This document shows, piece by piece, positions 21,201 through 33,200 of a stretch of 64,000 bases of DNA. The notes below the pieces were generated by a model. That model was not told the origin of the DNA and did not search any database. It was given only the letters and a program-made list of their open reading frames with translations. Position 1 is the stretch's first letter. The number at the start of each line of letters is the position of its first letter. The translations under genes were made by a program, and so were the position numbers. The DNA is from Candidatus Omnitrophota bacterium (GTDB taxonomy: Bacteria > Omnitrophota > Gorgyraeia > Gygaellales > Profunditerraquicolaceae), in NCBI GenBank assembly GCA_022710715.1, contig JAKLGJ010000002.1, forward strand, positions 234,171-298,170, written 5' to 3'.

Positions 21201-24200
21201 TCTGGATAGCTTTAATAATCTTCCTGAAGCGGAGCGGATGAATCGTCCTCCGATCGAGATCGCCACCCTGTCCGGCCTGGACGGCAGCGTTGGCTCAACC
21301 ATCCGCAGGCTGGATATGGAAATCTCGATGACTGCGGACGCTTCCCGCAAGCAAATGCTCCAGAATGCCCGCAATACGCTGGCGACCACTTTGATTGAAT
21401 ATAACGCCAAGAATATGGCGGAAAAGAACCAGGATAAAGATTTCGATATGGAAAAAGAATTCAAGGATAAATGGACTCTCGTAACCGATCTGATGGAACA
21501 GGATGGCGCTTTCGACAATAAGGCTGCCGGCCTGGCGTCACTTATGGGTGCTTTCTACCCGGCCAGGGACATTTCTACTCCGCAGCTGTTGTTCAAACAG
21601 ATTTACGATACCGCAGAAAAAGCCGGTAAGAATGCCTACGATATGATCGCTGGCTCCGAGGTTCGCATTAACAACCTGTACCGTTCGAATAAAGAAGACG
21701 GGGACCAGTTAAAAGGATTATTCCTGCAGATCGGCAAGCAGGTGAACAATGACAACAGCTTTAAGCTTCCCGAAGAATTCGTGAATATTGGTGAGGATGG
21801 CATTGCCAGGATTAACGAAGCGCAGGAACGGGAAGGCAAAACCGCGCTGGATGCCAAGACGCTTGGTCTTGGCAGCACCGCCGCCAAAAAGGTCCTGGGC
21901 GGATTGTTCGAACATCCGCTGTATAAATTTGCGCAGCAGACCGGCGACGCGGATTTTGCCCGGCAGACCCTGAACAACCTGATGATCGCCAGCTACGGCT
22001 ATACACCGGAAATTTATTCCTTCGACACTATCCTGAATCAAGAGAAGATGGGTTGCGTTATGTATTCTTTGACCAACTATATCGGTATGAGGCTGAATGG
22101 CATCGCGGATGAAGATATCGTGATCAGCCGTCTGGAATCCAGCCGGAACTCCTACAGCCACGTTGTGGCAGGCAACATCTACGAACGCAATGCGGAGAAT
22201 CCCGATGATTATAAAGCCACCTATTATGATCCTACTCCGTTAGGAGTAAGACGCGGACTGAAAGTCGCCCTGGATTTCGGTCAGCTGGCTAAAGATTCCT
22301 CCGCCCCGGATAAATTTGCCCTCAAGGGTCTCAACACCGGCAACGCCTATTTCGATACCTATGATACCATTCGGCATATTTCCAACGGCAAAGGTCCGGA
22401 TGGTCTTTTTGCCGCGATCCTGCGCAACCGTCCGGCAATCATGGAGAATTACCATGCTCTGCAGGCCGCCACACAGCTTGATCCTTATGACATGGGCGCA
22501 AAGAGGAAGTTCGACAAGGTCAACGCGCCGGTAGAGCAATTCAACAGGGTATTGCAGGGTGCTGTGAATAAAGCGAAGGCAGAGGCTGCGGCAGCTGCCG
22601 CAGAATCAACCGAAGCGCAAGATTCCAAGTCTGGTGAGACGCCCGTACCTTCATCCTCCTCGGGGACCCCCGGCTCACCGGCTGTTAACAACGCTAACGC
22701 CGGCAACAGCAACGAAGAAAACGCCGTCGTTACCGATACCGATAGGGGCAACGCTCCTCAAGCAGTCAGCGGAGCAACTGAAGCAGATGTCACTCCTGCC
22801 GCAGAAGAAATCGGCAGCTCACATAATCGCGGTCCTCCGGCAACTGAAACCACTACTTCTTCTGAATCAGAGAATGCAGTGAAGAATGCAGAAGATGAAG
22901 AAAATGACGGAGGTAAGAAATGGTCAAATTCACTTATCAAGAACTCCAGATCAACCATCTGGTCAGCTTCAAGCAGGACGACAGCATACTCGCAGCGTGC
23001 CGAGAGAACGGCAAATCGCGCTTATTCATGGCTTTCCCGGACAGGGTTTACGTCCATACCGCAGGCAATTGGGAACTTCTCGAGGAGACCGCAAGCACGG
23101 ACATCCTTAGCCGGATCCAGCAAGCGGTCCAGCGCGGCATCACTATCTTCCATCTCGACAGCAGCGTCGCGGTCACGCAAGGAAGATTTAACAACTAGCA
23201 GGAAAGTTTCAGCAACCGGCTTCATACCTTTCATAAAGAATCTCTTCCGCGTTGGCGCGTATGTCGCCAACGTGTTGACGGTCATATATACGAAGTTCAC
23301 CGAGCTGCCCATATCCCTATCCACCGTGGCTGGTAGGAGAGAGATTACCGGGCAGCTCATTAATTTTAACGGCCTTAGACAGACTCTCGATCATGCTTCA
23401 CTTTCCGTGGCTGGTGAGGGGCATAGATTTATCGAGAACACTGCTAAGGCCGTGACTATTTTCGTGCAATCACTTCGGCTGCCTGTTGCACTGCTTTCCG
23501 TGGCTGGCAGGCACTTTGCGCAGGCAGCCGGTAGATTTGGCTCCAGATCAAGCGAAATCAAAGCTTCACCTTCCGTGGCTGGTGGGGAGCAAAAGATTAC
23601 CGCTTCTGGAGCCTCTTATTCTTGGTCCGGGTTCAGCCCTGATTATGCATCACTTTCCGTGGCTGGTGAGGGGTATAATTTTGCGGCTTCCCGGACCTCT
23701 TTGGATTATTTTGGGCTGCCTGCATCTCTATCTACCGTGGCTGGTGGAGACGTGCAGGCGGCCTTTACCTTTGGCTCCGGCTTCAATTATCAATTCGCTT
23801 CATCTTCCGTGGCTGGTGAGGGGCAGATTGATGAAGCCGGAGCTTTTGATTCCAACGCGTTCCTGGGTCGGAACGCACAACCGGCTGTCCTGACGTTCAC
23901 CCGGGCGGGTGACGCAGTACAGACGGACAGAACTGTTGTTATGGGCGGCGAAAAAAGAGTCCCTACCTCCGGGAAATCTGACCCCTCTTTGAGTAGTCGC
24001 CCTAACAACGAAATCGGAGGTGTCACATGGTCAAGGTCAACGGGAACTGGATCGAGCTCAAACACCTGGTCGTATTCGACAACGGCAGCAAAATCTTCGC
24101 AGCAGGAAGAGAATGCAGCAGCAACAGCAGAAAACAGCTTCGCTTATTCCTTATCAACGAGCATACCGGCGAGATATTCTCTCGTAACGGCAGAGCAGAA

Positions 24201-27200
24201 TCATGGGAACTGGTCAGCGATTCCGCAATCCGCGACAACATCTCCGGAACCGTCTACAGCGCTTACCAGACCCGCAACATCCCGGTCTACAGGATCCACG
24301 GCGAATTCAACGCATAATATCGGCGGCGCCTTCTTCAGCGCAGCCGCGATGGCGCCTCTAAGCATGACGGTGGTGAATCCTGAAGCAATCACTAACGCAG
24401 GCAACGTAGGGATTGTCGGATTCATCACCATGATCGGCGCGTTCACCTTATCCATACTGTTGAGCGCGCATAAGGACAGCGTCACGGTGATCAGAGCCGG
24501 ATTGATCAGCCTGGCCGCAACCGGGGTTGTTGTGGCCGTGCTGATGTTCGGCAATATCGATCTTGCCGGGATCGCGAGCTACCTGGCGGATTCAGCCGTT
24601 TCCGTCATTTCCAGCCTGCCGGCTGTTCTGGGCGTGGTCGGTTTCGCCGGTAAACCGTCATTCGACAAGGAACTTGACGGCGGCAGATCGCAGAAGCTGT
24701 TCGCGAAGATGACCATTCTCGGGCAGAAGATATTCGAGGCGTTGCAAAAACTGTGGCGTTACGGCGCAGTGGTGGCTATGTTCGGCACCCAGGAAAGCTT
24801 CGATTTGAGAGAAGTTTCCGTGATCCCCGTGGAAGCGAGACGCCGGCAGGAGAACGAATTCGGCGACGGCGGAAGACACGGGAATACCCACAGCGACCCG
24901 TTACGCGCCGTGATCAATGATCCCAGCTTGATGGGCGTAAAGATCAGGGGGAGAGAAGATGATTACGCGAGGATCTTTGCTCTGAAAATCGACATGGCGC
25001 TGGATGCTTTGAAGAAAAACATCGCGCCCCGTACCGCGCTGGTGATCGGCCCCGGTTCTACTGTGGTGGAGCCGCAGACGCTGGCAGCCAGATTCCCGTC
25101 GCTGGCAGATATTTACATGGTAGAGCGTGCGCCTATGAATCTGTCGCTTCTGGGTAAGCAGTATCTCGAGGCATTCGGCGAGTCCACCGCGCGGATACAT
25201 CTTATATACGGAGATGTCCGTTCCTTGCCTTTCGCGGATGACTCGATCGACCTGGCAGTCGGATTCAAGGTTCTGGTCGGCGAAATTTTCAGGGAGGAAG
25301 ACGACCTGCGCTCCGCCTGGAAAGAAACGGAACGGGTTTTGAGCAGCGAGGGGACCGGCATTGTCTATCAGACCCGCTTCCCGGATTTCGAACAGAGAGC
25401 AACGTTCAAATATTTGCAGCTCACGCTTTCTTTAGGACCGGAGCAAGCGAGCTTTAAGCAGCGTATTGCTTACCGCGCGCAGCTGGATGCGCCTGAACTC
25501 AACAGCTGGGCCGGCGACCATATCGGCGATATCGTGGTCTGGACCAAGGCAGAGGACGGCGGCAGAAAACTGACCGACGATGAAGCGATCGCTATTGTCA
25601 GGCAAGCGTACGCCTCCAGAGGGATTTATTTCGAAAAATTAAGCGGCAATGACGCGCAGGAGATTCTCGCGGCAGCGGTTAAGCAGGCGCAGGCAAGAGC
25701 CGACACTATGGCGAATCCGCAGGAGCAGAGCGAATCGCTGCCGGGGCTGTACCGCCGGGCGAATCAGGCTTTGCTGGTCCTGGTGCCGCTCGGATTGATC
25801 GGCCTGGGCGGGGTGATGGCGAAGGATCAACTGCATTTCGCCGAAGAGGGCGATATCGCCAAAGATATCGTCAAAGCTATTTACGCCGTCAGCGCGATCA
25901 ACGACCAGATCAACGAATTCAATCCGCTCATCGCTTCTGCGGCAGTCACCGGTCATCACATCGAATTGGGGAAAAATCCCCGCTGGGAATCATATTCCTG
26001 GGATCTGGATCAGACCACTGATGTCCGGACCCGAGAAGAAATAGTGGTCAAGCTGGATAATAACCAGGCAGGCAATAAAATCGTGGTCCAGTTATATGAC
26101 ATCAACACCCTGGATGACGAAAGCCGGGGTCGTTCCAGCGCGATTGTATTGAACGAGACCGGGGTCCAGGAAGTCCGCGTGCCCATCGACAGTATCATGG
26201 GAGCCAATCGAACCATTATCCGCAGGATCGGCGTGCATGTGGGCCGCGAAGTCTGGGGTCAGGATAACAATCCTGCGACTGCCAGGATCACCGTGCTGGA
26301 CATTGATCTCGCCGGAGAGCGGCCGCTGCCCGGAACCGGCGCGCCTTCAGTCATCCCCGGGTTCGGGCTCTGGGAAGTGTTCGGCGCTTTGATTGCCGCA
26401 ACCGGCATCATTCATTTACGCAAAATTATCTTCACCAGCCCGCAGGAAGATATCGTCAGAACAACCTTAACTGAAGGAGCTGTAGATATCCGCGGGCCTC
26501 CGTCTTCCGACACCGAAACCGATCCGGATGGCGGTAAAGTCACCGCGCGTGACGTCGCAGCCAATGCCGTTATCTTCGGACTCGGGGCTGGAATAATTTC
26601 ACTGATCGTGTCTTTCTTCGGATTGCCTCTGATCGCAGGTTCAGGCGTAGTCGTCTTAGCCACTCTGGCCATAATCGCCGTGGCCTTCGGCGCTTACTGG
26701 TTATTCACCACCAGACTGAATTCCGAGACCACCCAGACCTTTAACCAGGCGTTGAATAAGGCCCTGGAAGCCAACGAAAAATATCAGAAGCTGGATTCGA
26801 AAGAACAATCCAGGATCCGCACTCTGGTCAGAAGAGCCAAAAACGCGCTCTTCATCAAAGATCAGCAGCTGGCTTTCTCCCCGGCAGCCAAATTTCTGTC
26901 CAATCGCGATATCAAAACCGGACGCCTCGCCGGTTACGCTGTTTCCGCAATCGATGCCGTGTTCCAGGTCGTATTCATGCTGGTGCTGTATACCTTCCTG
27001 CTCAAGCATTACCTGGTGCCTTCGGCCCAGGCGATCAACGCGTTTTCCTCCATGATTCCCGAGGATACGCTTGACGCCATGGTCAAAGATGCCATTCGCG
27101 ACCTCAAGGAAAGCCAGCAGCTTTCCCCGGCTATGCAGAAAGCGGTCACCGCCAAAGACATCCTCACCTTAAAAGTACTCTTCGATTACATGGATGAACA

Positions 27201-30200
27201 GATCGATCATTTCGGCGAGCTGACCGTCGAGAATAAACTGTATATCGTTCCGCTGGCTTATTTCGTAGGCGCCAAAGCGTTCTTCTCTCTGGTAACCCAG
27301 AGAATCGTGATCGCCATCGCTTCCGGCTATATCGCCGGTATCCTGCTGCCTCTGGCTATTCCCGCATCTATTCTGACTACGGAACTCTGGTCTACGATGC
27401 TTCCGCTGTCCATCAAATTTACCGTCACGCCGTATCTGATCCTGAACAGCTTTATCGTCATCTATCTATTGAGCCTGCAGCAGCTCTGGGATGCCAACCT
27501 GCCGTTGGTGCGCGCTTTTGAAGCCGGCAGGATCACCGGATTGAGAATGCTTGGCCTGGCCCTGATCAATTCCGCGATCATCCTGATCCCGGGCACAATT
27601 TCGATGATGCTGGTTTCCGCGGAAATCGAAGCCGCTTTAAAAATAAGCGCTCCGTTCCCGTTTCTCAGAGATGCCATGAAATGGATGGAAGAGATTATTT
27701 ACGGCGCCAACGGCAGGACCGGTCTTGGCCAGGCGATCCTGGTGAAGGTAGGCGATTTCCTGGGCATCCAGCTGGTGCCGACGGTCTATGATCCTCTTGC
27801 CGCGGCACTGGGCCGGCCGGATTACCAGACTACCGGAGTATTGATGAATCTGTATACCGGCCAGCAGGCTGCCCAGAAAGCCGGCGATCCGCTGAAAGTT
27901 TCGTTGCTCAACGCGCTTATCCGCGGCGTCGAATCCGGCGATATCAAATTCTCGATCGATAATCCGCTGATTCCCAGCGCCGCCGCCGCCGAGATCACCG
28001 ATGCGAATGTGCTGAAGACCGTAACCTTGCCCCAGACCATCGATGTGGCGGCTGCCGAGAAGTTCATTGCCAACTCCAAAGGCGAATACGGCCTGTATGC
28101 CAGCCATAACGGCGAGAAGGCGGCATATACCTATGATCAGGCGCTGGTGGTGATGACCTTTATCGCCAAGGGCGACGAAGCCAATGCCCGGGCATTGCTG
28201 GATATTTACGCGAATAAAATTCCGAAACACGCCAGCTCCCTGTATTACAACGGTTATTACGCCGACAGCCAGTCCTATGCCGTTCAGGAAGGCATCGTGC
28301 ATGTCGGACCGAACGCCTGGATGGCCCTGGCTATGGCCCAGTACGACACCCGTTTCAACAGCGATCGGTATACCGGAAACATCAAAGGGATTGCCGACGC
28401 GATCAAACTTTACCAGAGACCCAACGGCAGTATTTACGGGGGTCCCACTGTCAGTTGGGTCTCTACCGAACATAACCTGGACGCCTTCGTCCTGTATAAT
28501 TACCTGGCCACCACTTCCGGCGAGGCCAAGTATGTTGAAGCCCGCGACAAAGTCGAGAACTGGCTGCTTACCGAAGCTTACTCCAACGGTTCGTTCTTGA
28601 GAGGCCAGAACGACAATATATTCGCCACCGACACCCAGGCCTGGGGCGCTTCGATTCCTGAATTACCGCAGCAGGTCGATCGCCAGGCATTGCTGGCTTC
28701 CGCCGAGCAGAATGCTCAAGTGACCGTTACCTTCAACGGAAAACAGGTGACCGGATTCGATTACGACCGCAGCTCGCAGCAGGGTACGCCGGTGATGGTC
28801 ACTCCGGAATGGACCAGTGAAATGGTCATTGCCTACGCTATCAACGGCCAGCAGGCCAAGGCCGAAGCGACTTTGAAAGAACTGGCTAAACTGCAGCTGG
28901 CTAACGGCGGATTCCCCTATGCCACCCAGGCGGGCGCCGACACCGGCCACGGCTGGAAGACTCCCGGAACCGGCGGTTCCTTAGCCGGCACCACCTACGC
29001 GATCATGGCCCAGAAAGTATTCAATCCGTTCGACATTTCCGGCACGAGCGTTCCCGCTACTGCGCAGCCTTCTCCTGTGACGACTCCTGTGACGACTCCG
29101 GTGACGGTAACTCCGGTAATCACCGCGCCGGAAACTACCGCGCAGCCTGTTCCGTTCACCACTTTGCCGGTGCCCTTCGTCAACGGCACAATCAATGTTA
29201 CGACCAACTGGACGTTCGTCAATCAAACCGTCAACGGGACCGAGATCAGAGGGCCTCCGGCGTTCAACATTACCGCGAACCAGACTGCTACCAACGCCAC
29301 TTCTTTCGCGCAGGCCGTGTTTACCGACGCGCTGAACGTACATCCGAACGCATTAAGGATCGACCCGGCCGCCGTAGCCAATCTTACCGTTCCCGATGTC
29401 TACACCTTTGCCAACAGCAAGGACATGCTGGTCAGCTTCGACGCCGACCGTACCGACGCAAACACCACCTATATTTATTCCGTAACTCCCGTAGCCAAAG
29501 CGCAGGCCCTGGCGCTGCTGACCGAAAAAGCCAATGCCGCTGCTACTCCGGAAGAACGCCAGTCCTACGAAACCAGGATCGCAGCCTACAACCAGGATTA
29601 CGGCTATACCCTGACGCCGGTGGCCGAGAAATCCTCTTACTCCTCCCAGACTTTCTACAATCTGGACCAGGGCATGTATGTGCTGGAAGTCTGGAAAACC
29701 GGCGTGGATCTTACCGATAAAGACAGTGAAGTCGCTTCTCTGGAACGGGTCACCCAGCCGGTGCTGGTGGATGTGGTTATCGATACCGCCAACCGCTTCC
29801 CGGCCCTGACTACCCACGTGGGGTATCCGGCGGGCGACGGATTCGGCGGCGCCACCGTGGAGAAGATCCTTGAAGTCAACCCCGAGACCAACCTCAAGAC
29901 TACCCGCGACCTGTATACAGTCAGCAGCAACGCGGTGAAACTGAACTTCGATTTCGCCGGCATCAAGGACGGCACTAAGGCCGCAGCGTTGAAGAAAGAT
30001 ATCGCCGGGATGATCGTGCTGCGCACCGATACCGGCACCAGCCGCATCGAATCGTTCGCCGTGCCCAAGTCCGATGCCGCGCAGGTCTATCCTTTCGAAT
30101 TCGTGGATACCACCACAGAAACCGGGCATACCTATGAATATACCGCTTATGTCTACGGCAACAATTACACCAGCAGCGAGGAATCCGAGCCGGTGCTGGT

Positions 30201-33200
30201 CAAAGTGGGCAATCTGGTTGAGCCGATTTCCCAGGCGCCGACGCTGACCGTATACGGCACGGAAGGCAAGCTGCATGTGATGATCGAGTTGACCGAGTTC
30301 AAGGATAAGGTCGGCACCAGGTACAACGGCCCGCTGGTGGGCGCTTACGAAGTCAAGATTATCGATACGAAGACCGGCGTGGAAGCGTTCAGCGAGGTGA
30401 TCGGCGCCAATTACGACGCTTCCAAGCATAACGGCCTCTGGGACGAAGAGATCCGGCCACACCTGGCTCTGGACCTGGGCGCCGGCGATTACGATCTGAT
30501 GGTCAAAGCCTGGGAGCGCAATCCGCTGGAGTACAGCAATTTCAAGGGTTCCAGTCCGTGGGCAGTCAAGCATATTTCCCTTGAAGCCGAGAACGCCTGG
30601 CAGACCAGGATCTACGAGAATGAAGCTCCGTTCTTCACCCAGGAAACCAGGGATATGAAGCTCAAGGACAACACCCGCGATTTCTACGTCACCTGGGATG
30701 CTCCGATGGAAGCGGATTTCGACAATTATATTTTCCAGTTCTCCTTTGACCAGAAGTACTCCACCGACGCCGCTAAAACCTGGTACACCTTTACCCTGCC
30801 CAAGAGCCAGCAGGGCTTCCATGTCGCGGTCATGCCGGAAGACGTGAAGAACTACTTCACCCTGGCTAACGGCGTGTACAGCGGCAAGGTGGACTGGAGG
30901 ATCAAGAACGTCCGCGATACGGATTCCGTCAAGATCGGAGACATCTCCTCGGATTACGTCTTCATGAGCCGCAACCTGAATATTCGCGCCGAGGATGTGG
31001 ATGCGTTCTCGCGGGATATCGCCGCTCGCCAGCATTCTCTCCAGGACGTCGGGTATGTCTATAATTCCATCCCGCACACCCTGCTGGTGGAGAACCGCTT
31101 CAGCGAGACCGAGGACAACAAAACCTATCAGTATGCGCTTCAGCGTAATTACGAGATTTTGACCGGCAACAAGACCGAGCTGTTCAGCAGCGAGCTGTAT
31201 CGCATCGAAGGCAATAAAGAATGGACCTTCATCCACGGTCTGTACCCCCGCGAGAATAAAGAAGCGGTTTTCAACGGCAGGATGACTTTTAGAGAAGCCG
31301 CCACTATGGAAGGGATCAAGCTTCCGGGTTCCATATCTTCCGAATTCCGCGCAATCTATCCCGAAGAGACCGAGTTCAATTTCTACACCGAGACCATCCG
31401 CGGCATGGAGATGTACAAATTCTATCATCCGTCTTATTCCCGTCTGCCGGCTCTGGAATTCACCCGCGACGGCATCTCCGTCTACGACATCGCCACCCAG
31501 GAGAAAGCAGCTTACTACAAGACAACCAGCGACCTGGTATTCAACGAGCATCCCGTCGGAGTTATCCAGGGCGCCGATATGTCCACCGAGCTGATGGCCT
31601 TCCTGGAAGCCAAGGGCGTGCGTATCAACGCCGGCCGCAAAGATAATTTCAAGGCGGTCCTGGATCAGACCATCAGCCTGATGCCCAAGGCGATCATCTG
31701 GGAAAAGGCAGCCTCCAACGGCAAGACTTCGTATCTGATCTACGACAGCATTCATGACGAGCCGGCCATCGTCGTGGACGATAAAGTGTTCTTCACCCAG
31801 GTCCTCTGGAAGGGCATGATTGTGCAGTACGTGTTCAGTAAGGAATACCGCGATATCCCGCAGACCACCCCGGTGATCGCCGACGGCAGCATGAAGGTTA
31901 AGAGCGGGTCGGACTCTTTTGCGGTCAACGTGTGGGATCCGGCGACCAATCAGACTTCTCTGCTGATGCCGGAGACCGTGGTGGATACCTATGAAGTCCG
32001 CGACACTGCCAACAACATTCTCTTCACCGCCTTGCTCGAAGCCAACTCCCAGTTCGGCCGGGTGCTCGCCCAGCAGTCGAAAATGAAAGACGCCGCGGGC
32101 AATGAAGCAACCTATATGTACGTGGTGACCAAATTCTCTGAAAAGGATATCTACGAACCCCTGGAGTCGGTGTTGCTCAAATATAACGCCGGTAAACAGG
32201 TCTGGGAGAAGGTGACCGGGACTACCACCGAAGCCAAAGAATCTGCGCAGGCAGTCGCGCAGTATAATGACATGCCGGAATGGATGCAGCAGGAAGTGGT
32301 TAACGTTACCGCGTTCATCAGCCATACCCAGAAGCCGGCGAACCTGGTCAAGTCCGCCGTGGTAACCACGGAAGGCGAAGTGTACCATACCTGGGTGGTC
32401 GAGGGCGACGCCGAAGGCCGCATCGTGTTCATGGATCGCGGCGGCGATTTCACCTTCAACGCGGATTTCTTCGGCTACAGCAATACCCCGCTGCGCGGAT
32501 ACATCATCAATAAGGCCAGCGGTAAGATCTACGCTTTCGAGAACAAGGACGGCAAAGAATCAAAGATCCTGCTTAACGGCGCGGAGTATATGCTGGCTAA
32601 CGATGAAGATGACGATTTCATGCGCGTTATGTTCCAGGGCCTGGACGCCGCCGGCGCCAGAACCGACGCGCCGTTCTTCAGATGGTATCCGTCGTTCGAT
32701 CCCATCGGCGGAAGATACAATTACGAGCAGAGAGGGTATTTTACCATTACCGGCCAGTCCGCTACCTGGGTGCCGTTCGAGCAGACCGACGCCAGCTGGT
32801 TCGACAACAAATACGTGATCCAGGAAGCTAAAGTCTACAAGCTGGAGATGATGCCCGACAGCAACCAGGTGGAAAAGAGATATTCCCACAGCATCTTTGG
32901 TGACGCGCTGATCTCCAGCACCGCCCAGACCGCAGAACTCCAGGGCTTGGGCACGCTGGCTCGCACCGCTCCCAACGCCGGCGTCCTGGATAATCCCGTT
33001 TACCTGACCGCGCAGGAACAGGTCGAGCTTTCCGATCTGCTTGCCAACGGCTTCCCGGCCCGCAAATCGCCGGTCGAATATGCGAATGGAAACAAACTTG
33101 TACGGTATTATCCTCTGACTTTTGGTCGCACCGAGCAGATTGTGGAAAGCGTTAATGAATACGTCATTAACCTTAACTGGCAAGAAGATCCGCAAGGCGG

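Noticed and set aside
23309-23826. CRISPR array interpretation of the 7 repeats.
   Set aside because: Repeats are degenerate and spacers vary from 46 to 69 bp. No cas genes nearby. Kept only as an unusual repeat array.
29353-32388. 1011-aa minus-strand ORF (the largest entry in the track for this region).
   Set aside because: Antisense to the verified frame-1 coding region. Translation is G/A/V/R/H-rich low complexity with no motifs, typical of a GC-skewed antisense frame.
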